A program made the translations under genes and the position numbers. Below the pieces are notes generated by a model. It saw only the letters and a list, made by a program, of their open reading frames with translations. It was not told where the DNA came from and searched no databases. DNA of 64,000 bases from the human T2T-CHM13v2.0 reference genome, Homo sapiens. Of the stretch, positions 14,723-28,867 are shown piece by piece (position 1 is the first letter of the stretch; each line of letters begins with the position of its first letter). The stretch lies in the NCBI RefSeq assembly GCF_009914755.1, contig NC_060925.1. One strand, given 5' to 3'.

Positions 14723-14743
14723 TGTGGAGAAGAAGTGAACATC
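13987..14743 (-). other. LPAR3: LPAR3 exon 2 (757 nt: 21 nt of 5'UTR plus 736 nt of CDS)
   Basis: Minus-strand acceptor tttaaatttctttctag|GATGTTCAC (AG at 14745-14744); donor GT at 13986-13985. Confidence 0.9.
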
Positions 14744-16664
14744 CTAGAAAGAAATTTAAAGAAGAAACAAATATCATTTGTAAAATCAGTCACTAAGCCA
14801 TCAATTGCTGTTTCTAAGCCCGTTCTGGCTAACTCCCATCAAGGGAGTTGAAGACCTGAAGTGTCAGGTCTCAGTGCAAATGTCCTTTGGTCCAGGACAT
14901 AGCCCCTGACCTCCTACCACAGCATTTAGCGCACATTTTAATTGTTTGTTTCCCAGGCTAGGCCGCTCAGGTTAGGAGGGTGTATCTCTATTTTGTTCAC
15001 CATTACAACCCTAGGATTCAGTTGCTCTGTCTGCCTCATGGCGGGTAATTATTGGTAGGTTGGCTGGCTGGCTGAATGAATGAATGAATTCTCATGGAGG
15101 CATCAACAGGGCAAATGTGCTGAGCCCTGCAATATCCACTCTGCACTGGTAACACAATGACAACACATTATGTTAATGCCTCCTCCTGGCTCCCAGTTCA
15201 TTAGTTATTTATGGATATGTTCATTAATCAACGGCAGGTTGGTAATTTCAGGTACATTCTTCCCAAGATAATAGGAGTTGAATTACCATTCACATAACCA
15301 AACAGATACCCCAAGAGACCAGTTTTCTATGACTTCTGATTCCACTCCTGATCCTCCTTTTGCCATCTTTTGGTTTCAACAAACAACTCTGATATTCACA
15401 TATTAGGTATATGATGCAGGGATGGAGACTTTGGTCCCAATATCTCCCTTCTTTACCTTTTGTTCACTTCTTCCTTATAGTCTCCTAACCCAAACTGTAC
15501 CAATGTGAACCTGCTCACTGGATTTTCCAGCATTCCTCAACACGGCAGGTGGAGGAGGATCGGGCTTCCATAGGCAAGACTGAGATTTGGAATTGGGGCA
15601 GATCTCCAACTCAATGTGGATGTGAGAACATATCTATTAAGTGAGGGCATGTTCTTCAGACACTTGTCTGAAAGAAGACCCCAAACTGGGATATCAGGCA
15701 GACAGGGAAGACACTAATCCTCTCAGTAAAAGATCTCTTGAATCCCAAAAGCGAGGGATCTTGGCCAAGGAAGGGCTGGGCAGAAGCCCCACGGATGCCC
15801 ATCTGTCTACACGTGGTGGGGAAAACCAAGTGTTCTGCCTCACAGTGGTCTGGCCACAGCCATGAACGGTCCTACGGAAGAAGATTGGGCTTAGGGTCAG
15901 GGTTCTAGCTTCTTGGAAGAATGACCATCTGCTCCCTCACTGAGAATGAGGCTGCAGCTTATTCCCTGGAGAACCAGAGATTCAGTCGGCAGAGGGACTG
16001 AGCAGCCCTCTGGGAGCTGTGACAGTAAAAGCTCAGTAGAAGCCCCCAGATTTTAAAGTTCCTGAAAATTCTGAAATCTAATACCACAACCAGAATCAAG
16101 AAGACCAGATAACTATTAAGTAGTACAAAATAGAAATGTATCTCAGTCTTTTTTTTAATTTATATTTTAATGGTATAATGATACTTTTACATGAATTAGA
16201 TATTGCTTTTTGGCCATAGCAAATGGGAGGTAAATATCATTTTATATGCTTAAAAAAAACTGGGAGTAGTCTCAAGAGACAAATGGTTCCAGTATCTTTC
16301 AATTACAAGAAAGGAAGACTCAATTTTCATAATGACAAAATAAAAATTACTCTCTTTGGCAGACAGTCACCAATATTTAACTGTAAATATCAAATAAATT
16401 CATGATAATATCATATATTTACACTATATCATAATTTCCCCAAATTAAAAATACAGGTAGTATAATTTTAATAGCTTCACAATATTCTATTATATGAATA
16501 GGCCACACCTGACTTAACTAATCCTAAATACTGGACATTAGGGTTGCTTCCTGTATTTCACTTTTATAAGCAAGGCTGCATTCTTGTTCATTAATCTTTA
16601 TATATCTAGCCAATTGTTTCTTTAGGAATAACCCATAGATTTCAAATTGAAGTAAAGGATATAA

Positions 16665-17030
<366 letters not shown>

Positions 17031-17169
17031 TAATTCTACCAGCAGCATATGAGAGTTAAATACAAGGTGCTAATCTAGTGATACTCAATTTAAATATTTA
17101 AAGAGAAATACAGCTTTCAACCATGTTGAAAGTATACAGAAATTCAAGACAAACAATCCGAGAATCACT

Positions 17170-17507
17170 TGCTATGGTCTGAATGTTTGTGTGCCTCCAA
17201 AATTCATGTTGACACCTAACCCTAACTGCAGTGATATTAATAGGTGGGGACTTTGGGAAGTGAATGGGATTAGTGCCCTTATTGAAGAGGCCTGAGAGAA
17301 CTCGTGAGACCCTTTTTGCCACACTGCCATTCAAGGACACAGCATTTGCCCCCTTCTGGAAGCAGAGACCAGGCCCTCACCAGACACCAAATCTACTGAT
17401 GCTTTGATCTTGGACCTCCTAGCTTCCAGAATAGTGAGCAATAAATTTCTGTTATTTATTAATTACCTAAAGTATTTTTATTATTGCAACAGGAATAGAC
17501 TAAGACA
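17170..17507 (+). mobile_element. ERVL-MaLR solo LTR (MLT1A-like)
   Basis: tgctatggtctgaatgttt... start, AATAAA, ...gactaagaca end. Confidence 0.85.
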
Positions 17508-19199
17508 CCACATGGGAAAATTTAATAATACAATTATTATGTGTCTTTTCTAATTAAAAATAATGTATATATTTTACTTTGTTTCATGCTCTATACATCT
17601 AAGAGAAACATTTCTAATTTAAAAGTTATATTATCTTTGACTAATTTATTAGAAATATAAAGATGAATATGTCACAAAGACATTGGAATTAAGACACTAC
17701 AAAAATACTGCTCAAATTTTCCTAATTTTATTTTGAAGGATCTTAACATTTTAGTTTTATTTCTTACATGTGGTCGAATTTTTAATTATATCAAGCACTA
17801 ACACCTCAATGATTTTTACTTCAAAAATCTTCAAATTCAACTGTCCCTTGTCAAAACCAAAACAGTTTAAGACATGTTTTTAGCAAAAATTGCCCTGAGA
17901 CTGCAAAGCAATTTTGTCTGACAAAGTTGAGACATCACAGAAAAACTATGATTAGCCAGAACTCCCACTAAGCAGCACTGTACCCTGGTTCCAGATCCTA
18001 CTTTTGAGAGAAACAGGTAATGAGAGAAAAAAAACTTCGCATAGGAAATTGGTGAAAAAGATTGCACAGGATGGAATACTATACAGTCCATGAAAAACAT
18101 ACTCACTATGAAGTTGCGGTAATACAAGAAAAAGCCCATGTCATTGCTTTAATATACAATACACATAACAAAAATTTATTTGTGTTGACTATATAGAAAA
18201 AGATAATGAAAAAAAATCTCAAAATGTAAATAGTTAAGAATGGTGGAACTGTGAGTCATTTTTTAAAAATTCTTTCTAATTTTTTCCATCTACCACATTT
18301 TCTGTAATAAGTAAATCAAGACTTTTAATTAGAAGCATATATTCTACTTAATGTATTCTATCTTCTACAATTATGGCTTTGAAAAATCAAAATTAATGTT
18401 CAAAGGAAAAGCCTCAAAGATTTGCATATGTTCAGTTTATTCTTACAAGCACAGCACACTTCAGGGTTTTTCAGTGACAACAAAAATAAAATAGTTTTCT
18501 ACTTAATCTTCACATAACCAAAACTTGACTTGCAAAACCCTGACCACACAAGGATGTAGCTTTCACCAATTCTCCTATAAAACATTGCCTAATGCCATCA
18601 CCACAGATCTCCCCAGTACACGTTATCTACGGATTATCATACTGTCTTAGCTAGAATTACCAAAAATTTTTAGCAAGCTTATAACAAATGACTGATTTAT
18701 TATTATCTCTTGGCCTCCCTTAACCCTTAAAATATGATTCTGTGATTTTGAACAAATTAATCAGTTACTTCAGTCCTAGTCTCAATGTCCCCTCCACAAA
18801 GATACTTTTCTGACTAATTCAAGATAGCTCCACAGCTCTCATTCTCAGAGAGCCCTTGGTTTACCTCCATCAGAGCTACCCAGTTGCTTGTGACCCAGTA
18901 TTTTCTTTTGTTGCTTAAGAATTTATTGTCCATCTCCCACCCCTAGACCGTTCCACTCCAGCAAAGCAGGGAACCTGCCTATTATGCTCATATCTACAGG
19001 ATCAGTATTTGTTGAATGAATGAATGAATCTCTGTCTTACACTATCTTTTTCCATGTCTAAAATGAAAAGGTTCTGTGAAATGCCTTTGCTGACTTATAC
19101 ATCAATCACTAAGTATGACAAGTAGCGAGCTCTGTCACCTATTAACTAAGTGTTTTCAGGTACATTACTTAATATCTCTACTTTATTATTACTATTTTT

Positions 19200-19430
19200 C
19201 ATTATTAATATTTGAGTGCTTATCTGTGCCAGGTGCTGAACTAAGCATTTTACATGGATTATCTCATGGTATCCTCCCAACAATGATGTAGATACTATTA
19301 TTACACCCATTATGCATTTGAGAAAACTGAAGCACCCTTGCCTAAGGTTACACAGCTAGGAGTGGGAGACCCTGGATTCTATTCAGGCAGCCTCGTTCTA
19401 CAGCCTGCATTCTTATCTGCAACACTATAC
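19200..19430 (-). mobile_element. MIR SINE
   Basis: gagaaaactgaagcac...cctaaggttacacagctag core. Confidence 0.65.
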
Positions 19431-20369
19431 TTTATCTCCACAGGCATGTGAAACGCCAGACAGAACCAAGGACTATATTTATACTTACAAGAGTTACAGA
19501 ATTACCAAAATAGAATGATCTGATCAAATCACATTAAAAGACTGCCCCATGCTATAAAAAATAGAGGGCATTCTAAATAGCCTTTGGCCTTTTTTTTTCT
19601 TAACCCTGAGAAGACACTTTTCTGAAAATATGTTTTCAACTTTTATGGTAAGTAGGATACAATATGGTCAATTTCAGGACCAGGTTAACATTGCTCAACT
19701 TTACTTCTGTCAAATCCCAAGCTGTTTTTTGTTTGTTTGTTTTTATACTAAAGGTTTAGAGGGTCTGATAGTTCTAACCTAGAAAAAAAAGATGCTAAAC
19801 TTTGGAGCAATTACCACAACTTCAAACTTCAGTAATTTAAGACTTCATAAAATGATGGTTTAGAAAGTCTATATGTGGAATCCAAATGAAAACTTCATGA
19901 GCAAAGCTTTCATTTAGACTCTTCCAAACTTGCTTCCCTGAAAAAATGTCCAGCCAGCCCAGAATGTGGAAACAATTATGAGAATTAAGACATTTGAAAA
20001 CCACTCAAGCAGCTTTTATTTCTAGCTACATCTTATGAGACAAGTTGCTGCCTGGCTTTTTAGCTGGCTTTCAATAACAATCTCTCCTTCCTCCTAGAAA
20101 GAAGTATGGTACATCAAAGACATGGTCAGTCAATACTGAGCATATCTTCTTTCTCTGTGGTTCACAAATGTAGACCAGTCCTCTCCTCTTAGGAAACTCT
20201 ATCCAGATGGGAGTTGGATGTTAGGTTAGTTGGTACTCTAGCAACCAATCCTGGGTCAGCAATCACGTCTGTTCACTGAATTCCTTTTAATAATTCATGT
20301 TAATGGCAAAATCAGGATAGCATGGAAGATTTAAATCCACATGAAATCCCAGAGGTTCATTTTAGCCAT

Positions 20370-20800
20370 AGTTTCAAGGCCTTTGCACTTGCCATTCCCT
20401 CTGCCCAGAAGACTTTTCCCCAAGATACCCAGGGGGCTCATTTCTCTACCTCATTCCTGCTCAAATTCATTTCCTCAGAGATCCTTTCCCTGCCACTCTC
20501 TAAAGAGCACCCCAAGCCTCCACCCGCTGCTGCACTTAAGCCATTTACCCTGCTTTATTTTTCTCCACAGCATTTCTCCATACCTCAACTATCTACTTGG
20601 GCTACGGTCTATCTCCCCAACTTCTATTTAGTCATTATGTCTCCTTAGGCTCCTCTTGGCTGTGACAGTTTTTCAGATTTTCCTTGTTTTTGATGAAGTT
20701 ATGCTTAGGAAGGCAGAGAACGTATGTTGTTATGGTGCCTGCAACAATGCCCAGCACACATTAGGCACTCAGTAAATACTTGTTAAATGTAGAATTAAAT
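20370..20800 (+). mobile_element. L2 remnant interrupted by a 75-bp inverted L1M piece
   Basis: ggcctttgcacttgccattccctctgcc ... ggcactcagtaaatacttgttaaatg. Confidence 0.6.
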
Positions 20801-21064
20801 GAAGTAATGCTTGTGCACTCATGTCTACATGCTCCCTAACCTTTACCCAAATTCAGCATTATTACTTTATGCTTCTTCTGCATATTCTCTAATTTGGGTC
20901 TCACAACCCATTTATTCCTCTGGGGAGACTTGGCTCCAAGTCCTGCAAGCTGAGAGGTATAAGGAGTGGGTTCCCTACCTCCAGAAAAGCAGCTCACCTG
21001 AGCAGACCAGTCAGGGTCGTTCTGAAGGACAGTCTCACAATAGAGACCTCTCTCTATTAGTATG

Positions 21065-21990
21065 AACACCAGAAACAAAGATTCCTCTTTGAATAATACT
21101 TCAAAAGAGGGACCCAATGGCCAAAGCTACAACAATCCAGGCAACAAAATAAAGTAGTACTGGATTATAACCCGAAGTATAAACATCCATGAGTCCATAC
21201 TGACATAAATAAATTATTGAAAAAAATAATAAATGGAAAGATGAGACAAATCTCCCAGGCAGAAGAATACCAAATAAATAACATAGATATTCCGCTGTAA
21301 AGGAGGGGGAGCATAGCTCCTTTATATGTAGGCTGTACACAGGGACCTCCTTCCAAAGAGCACAATATGGAAATGGGGCGGGCGGTGGGGGCAGTTAGTG
21401 ACGTCTCAGCAGAGAAACTTGACAAACACTGCTTCAGCCAGATGATCAAGGTCAACATCAACAGTGATAAGTCATATTGCTAGTCTGTAATCTTGATAAG
21501 ATGTATTACTTCATGATGAAGATCAGAGAGTAAATCACAGTTTACTGTGATCTTCCTCCCAAAAACCCATAACCCCAGGCTAATCATGAGAAAAACATCA
21601 GCTAAATCGCAGTTGGGGAACATTCTACAACATTTCTGACCAGTACTCCTCAAAACTGGTACTCATCAAAAACAAAGAAAACCTGAAAAACGGTCACAGC
21701 CAAGAGGAGCCTAAGGAGACACAATGGCTAAATAGAATAAGGATCCTGGGTGGGATCCCGGAACACCGAAAGGATAGGGGTAAGAACTAAGGAAATCTAA
21801 ACAAAGTACAGATTTTAGTTAACGTTAACATATCCCCATCAGTTCATTAACTGCAACAAATATACCACAGTAATGTAAGATTTAATAATAAGGGATACTG
21901 TGTGTGGGAGGGGTTATAACATAGGAACTCTCTGTACTATCCGTTCAATTTTTCTGTATATAGAAGACTGCTCTGTAAATAAACAAATAT
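21065..21990 (+). mobile_element. Old L1M (L1MC-like) 3' UTR fragment
   Basis: ccagatgatcaaggtcaacatcaacagtgataagtca, cagccaagaggagcctaaggagac, and ggaactctctgtactat motifs. Confidence 0.8.
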
Positions 21991-22262
21991 TAAAAATAAT
22001 TTTTAAAGAGGAGGCATGTTGTTGACTCTACTACACTAATTTTAAAATAAATAAAGCCCCTGTCTTTCATAAGCAGTTACTTTACTCTTTGATATGGTAA
22101 AATAAACAGAGGAGTGGCAATTTGTTCAAAATTAAATTTAAACAGACATTGTAACTGAGAATGAGATGCCTCTGATATTCTTGGATAAAGCGAATATGTT
22201 TATTAGAGGGGTGCTTGTTAAGGGTAGGGTTACAATTCGGTTTCTGTATCTTCATACTCTAG

Positions 22263-22661
<399 letters not shown>

Positions 22662-23495
22662 TAGAACAAATCTTAAACTCAGACACCTAAAATTGCTCTG
22701 ATCTGGATCCTGTTTCACGTATCAACAAAGTCTCCATAATACTGGTCAGTAGAGGTTCCAAGAGGAGAAGCCACAGAGAGGCAAGCGTACAATGGGTGTG
22801 CTTGGGAAAATACTTAATACAAACGCAAAGCTTAAGCATCTCAGGTCATCTTCAGCTCAGAGATGGTGACACGCAGGGAAAACTGCAGCCTGAGCTCAGC
22901 AGAATAAACAGGTTCTTGTGTCAGTGAAAGTTTTGGAGACCTTTAGGCAGGGAGGACAGCCCATGGCACGTCAGGGGGCTCACCTACTGTTCTCTCCCAA
23001 TCAAGTGGGGTTTACAGAATGTCTTGGTATATACACACAGCTTCTACCCTAGGACTTGTTTAACAAACAACTAGAATCAAAGATATTGTTCCCCAGATGT
23101 TCCTGATGGCCAAAGACTGTCTTAAGCATATTCATTAAACAGGAAAGCAAACATGAAAACATACAGAATTGAACTAAATAAAAGAGGTGACAGATGAATT
23201 TTATGGGATCAGCAAATTCCTTGACTTAGTTTATCCAAACATAACACAAATCTTTACTTGTGTTTGCTTTATATAAAATTTTAATCTTTGTCTAACTCAT
23301 TAGGCTAGAAAGATGACTAATACATCTTGTCCCTTGACTCATAAAAGGACAGAAAAAGTAAAAGATGCTAATCAAAATGCTTAAAATTAATATTATTTAC
23401 ACATAATATAACTGGACATGGTCTATTATACAGCAAATAAGCCTTAGACCATTGTATAATCACATTTCAGTAGCTTTACTGTTTGAAGGGGTTGA

Positions 23496-23803
<308 letters not shown>

Positions 23804-23931
23804 AAGAATGTCAAATTTTAAAGTGTGAACATTCACAGCTGAAAGAGATATTCTTCTTATACAAAGTACCTTGTCATATGCAAAAATATATTTTGAGACA
23901 TTTCAAAGTGCTTGTTTATACCAGTGACTTC

Positions 23932-24295
23932 TGCTATGGTATAATTATGTCCCCCAGAGTTCATGTGTTGGAAACTTAATCCCCAGTGCAGCAGTGCTGA
24001 GAGGTAGGACTTTTAAGAGGTGGATTAATGGATTAACACTGTTACTGAGAGAGTGGATTTGTTATCACAGGAGTGGGCTCCTGATAAAAAAGAATGAGTT
24101 TGGCCAGATTTCCTCTCTGTCTCGCATGCTCGCCTCTCCCTTCCACCCCTCCACCATGGGATGGCCCTTGCCAGATGCCAGTGCCAAGCTCTTGGACTTC
24201 CCTGTCTCCAGACTCTGAGAAATACATTTATTTTCTTTATAAATTACCCAGTCTCTGGTATTCTCTTTCATAGCATCAGAAAATGAACTAAGGCA
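23932..24295 (+). mobile_element. ERVL-MaLR solo LTR (MST/MLT1A-like)
   Basis: TG...CA ends (tgctatgg ... aactaaggca); 5-bp flanks acttc / aattc. Confidence 0.85.
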
Positions 24296-24899
24296 AATTC
24301 CCATGAAAAGGAAATTCTATTTCTTTACATTGTAAAATTCACAACAGACAAAATTTTGGTTTAAAGTATCTGTCCTAATCCAACTGTGGTACCATATTCC
24401 CTTTCTCATTCCATTTTTCATAACCTGTCTCCTGTCTCCTATCTTGAGAAGGATAGTCAGGAGTCTCTTGCTCCATATGGTTTGTTCCAAATAATCCTGT
24501 TGCCAGTAACAGGTTAACAGTGACCTACAGCAACTCCTTCTTGCTTCTGGAGATCATACACACCCAGGTTAGTGCCTGTCTGAATCCTCAAACTCTACAT
24601 AGGAAGGAAAATAATATTTTTAAAGCATGCAGCTGTAGCGGGAAACAGTTATTCTAATCAAGGCTTCAAAGATACTAAAGAAGAGCACTGTTACTGCTAA
24701 ACAAACAAGCCAGAGGGGCTCCTCGAGAATGCTATGCCTTGGTTAGGAAGCAGCATCCATCACTGGAGAGGAAGGCTCATATCTCATACCCCTCCTCTCC
24801 TGCCTGCCTCCCTCTCCTACCCCGTGTTCTGTCTGGTAGTAAAGGTAGCCAGGTCGTGTAAATGAATATAACGCACATTTGAATGTGGTGCCTAATCTC

Positions 24900-25310
24900 A
24901 TCACATGCATCTTCCAGCTCCCCTCCCTACCCTGTATCCTACAGGGCTGGCCCTTAGGGACTGCTTCCTTGCTTTCCAGCTTCTGCCAATGAGAGGAACA
25001 GCAAGAGATTGGAAGGCAGGGAGGATGAGGTTGAGATACTGATTTCTCCTGCCTCCTCCCCTCCAGGTTGCTGTAGGTTGGCTGGGTTAACCACTATCAG
25101 GCATCCCTCTATATAAAGGTAGCCTCCCCTCCCTCCTCTAGCTTTCAGGTTGAGAGGTGTTAACCACTCCTTGCTGCTTCTAGCTCGGGGACACTGTACC
25201 ATCTCTTGTTGGTTTCTACGATCTCTGCCCTCACTCTGTAAATGGTATCCCCTCCCCGCCGCTCCGGTTACCAGGTTGACTATATCACCTCTTGCCTGTG
25301 GAACTCTACA
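24900..25310. mobile_element. Possible old ERVL LTR (LTR16/LTR33-like)
   Basis: gccaatgagaggaacagcaagagattggaaggcagggagg motif; very degenerate. Confidence 0.4.
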
Positions 25311-27900
25311 GTTGTCTTTCAAAGTACATTGTAATAACAACAAAAACTGTTATTTGAAAAGTCATACATGTTATGGATTTTCTTAAATATTTTAGAATGA
25401 TCTAGTACACTTTTCCTAATTATAACAACTCTCAGAGAAAGAAAGGGGAATATATCACATTCCCAAGGGCATGGACCAGTAGCACAATTCTTTTGATGTC
25501 CTCAATGTCCCCGCACAAATACCAAAACCCTAGTAAATTTCTCTGCAGATAGTAAGTGATTCAATAAATGAGTGATCTACCCATGGTTTACTGCATACTG
25601 GAATCTACCTCACAAATGTCCTTCAATGTCATTCAGAATCAGTTCCAACTCTAACTGTATTCCAGCCTTGTGCACCATGGAAATTTCATACATGATATGG
25701 ATTTACATTTTAATTCTAAGGATTAGCCACATTTGAATTTAGACACTACAGAGAAGGAAGAAATAGACTTTTCTTATGATGTCTGGCAAGGGGTAAGGTA
25801 ATGACAACCTGAGCCAAGGGGAAGCTGCAGCCAGATGCAAGGCAAAAGCAATGCAAATGTAGCTACAGAGCTGCACTTAGGTGTGCACTATGGTTCATCC
25901 TACACAGTGGTGTTTCCAGTGACTGGCCAGCCATGGGGGATGCTGGGTAAGTGTTGCTCTCAGAAAAGCTCTCTTGCCTGCAGCCTTAGTGGAACTACTA
26001 TCACGGCAGATGATCTTTAGACTCTGGGGACATAAGTCAGACACAGTCCCCAAGTAGACAAAGCAGCTTGGGGGCTCAGAGCACAGAGAAGGGGGCTCAG
26101 GAATAAGCTCTTCCATATTCCACAGCCTCATCTCACTGTAGCATTCTTAACCTCTGTTCCTTCACCTACTCCTCCCAATCTGAATACAAATATGCTTGGG
26201 GAAGATCAGAGGCAATCCTCAACTTTTGAACCTCTATAATCCGTACAACTGGAATTTTTATACATGTTACATTGATGCTCCTAAAATGGATTTTTATTTA
26301 CTAGATTCGGACTCTCAGTCAGGAGGTGGGGTGGGGAGTCCCCTGACATTGCACTGTATATGCATTCTTCACCTACGTGTCAGCCTTTACCACCAGACCA
26401 TGAGCTTCTTAAGGAAAAGAACAGTTTCTGACTCATGATTGTGCCCCTCATGTCCAGTACAGTGGCATGTAGTAAGTAGATGCACAACAAATCTCTGGTC
26501 GATGTGTTAGTTAGTTGGTTACTTTCAGTTAGTTGGTTATAAGGGGATTTGGAAACCTGATGACAATTGTGTTGAACAATGTTAGGATGATACAGCAGAA
26601 GAAAGCAAGTATAGGGTATTCTTGAAAAAAAAAAAAGGCTGAGAAATACTTGTGACCTCACATGACATTCAACATATTTTATTAAATATTTGACTTAACC
26701 TCACTTCTAAATTTGTTAGGAGCAGGGCTGGTATCCTTCTCTCTCTGATTTTTGAACCACAAACAGAATCTGACATAAATTTTTTTTAAAGTATTCAATT
26801 TGATTGAATAATTCCCAAATCTTCTGTTTACAGTCCTTATTTTCTTTGGTTTCACTGTGGAAGCTGACAATAGTTATTCCCTTCTTCAAACTCCCCTCCT
26901 GCCGCCTCAGTGACTTGACGCTCCTGTTTTTTCCCAATCTCCTCAGTATTCCTGTCTCCTGTTTTTCCACCATTCTTGAATTGCAGACACTTCCAGACTT
27001 GGTTCTCAGCCCTCTCTTCTTTTCCCTTTAAATTCTCTTCTACCAAAAATATTATTGCTTAAGTTATTTCCTCTATGTGGATGACCCCAAATAATTACCA
27101 CAAGCCCCGACACCTCTCACGCCTTCTCTTTCATGCTAAGCTACCACTTGCATGTCAGGAACCCAATGTGCCTTGGAGCTAAAAGAAGAAGAAAGGCACC
27201 ATGAGGGCAGCATGTATGCACTCTCAAATGAATTTTCAATCTACCTCAGCTCAGGTGTTGGAAGATAGTGGGGCCACCATAAGGAAAAAAGTTTCAACTT
27301 TAAACACCAGGATTTTAACACAGAGGATAAAATCATGGTGACTTCAGAACCCCAGGGTTGTTTGTAATGAAGCATTGGCAAGTTGGCAGGATGGTTTGGA
27401 ACTGGAAAGCCTCCGTCCAAACTACACTGGCTAGGACCCTTCACTCTCCCTCTCTCTGGTGTTTTCCTTGGGCTCAGGGTAGACTGCTGAAGCCACTTTA
27501 CCTGAGGCCTAGTCCTGACTACTATAGTGTTCCCTGCCTTTGAATCTGCTCCTGACCAATTACTCTGGACATAGCTTTGGGAATTCAAACTCAGCTCCAA
27601 ACCTAGGAATCTGGTTTCTGAACTTTCCCACTGAGAATGCTTCTTAGCCTCTTCTCACTTGAACTTTGCATGGTTAACCTCTAGCCTCGACCCTCAGGCT
27701 ACATTAAAGAAGCTGCAGAACCCCAGGCTCCATTTCTAAAAAGTCATGCAATGGGTGGTATGACACTAAACTCACAGCTGTTCTAACTCATTTGCCCATA
27801 ATTGCATATTGCCCTGTGACTTCTTTTGTAATTATTTCTTTGTATTATTATTTAGCTTTATGTTCTGCAGGACAGACTGCTAAATCACATTTTCCTTTTC

Positions 27901-28225
<325 letters not shown>

Positions 28226-28662
28226 CACGTTTTCCTTTTCTTACAGAGTAATGGGCTTATAGCTGGGCACCAGGACGCCCAACTGTACACTCGGTTTTCC
28301 AGCCTCCTGGTACCTCCTTGCAGCTAGGGTGGCTGCGTGACTAAGTTCTAACCACTAGAATGTAAGCATAAATGAAGTGTGCTGCTGCCAGGTCAGCCCC
28401 AAAACAATGAAGGTGCCCTCCTCCATGCTCCTTTCCCTACCTGTAAGTTGGAACATAAACAGGCCTGTGATCCACTTTGAACACCCAGCAGGGAAAAGCC
28501 TTTGGGCAGCCTAAATCCACGTAGTCCATGGACTAGTTTCTATCAACAAGAAAATAAGTATAGAAATTGAAAATAAACACTCAGAAATGTTTATAGCAAT
28601 TTAATTACTCTGATCTGATCAATCTGATCACTATATAGTACATGTATCAAAACATCACAATG

Positions 28663-28867
28663 CGCTGGGTGTGGTGGCTCATGCCTGTAATCCCAGCACT
28701 TTGGGAGGCCAAGGTGGGAGGATTGCCTGAGGTCGGGAGTTCGAGACCAGCCTGACCAACATGGAGAAACCCCATCTCTACTAAAAAGTACAAAATTAGC
28801 TGGGCGTGGTGGCACATGCCTGTAATGCCAGCTACTCGGGAGGCTGAGGCAGGAGAACTGCTTGAAC
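28663..28867 (+). mobile_element. Alu, 3'-truncated (no tail)
   Basis: Left arm, linker and right arm up to tgcttgaac, then unrelated sequence. Confidence 0.92.
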
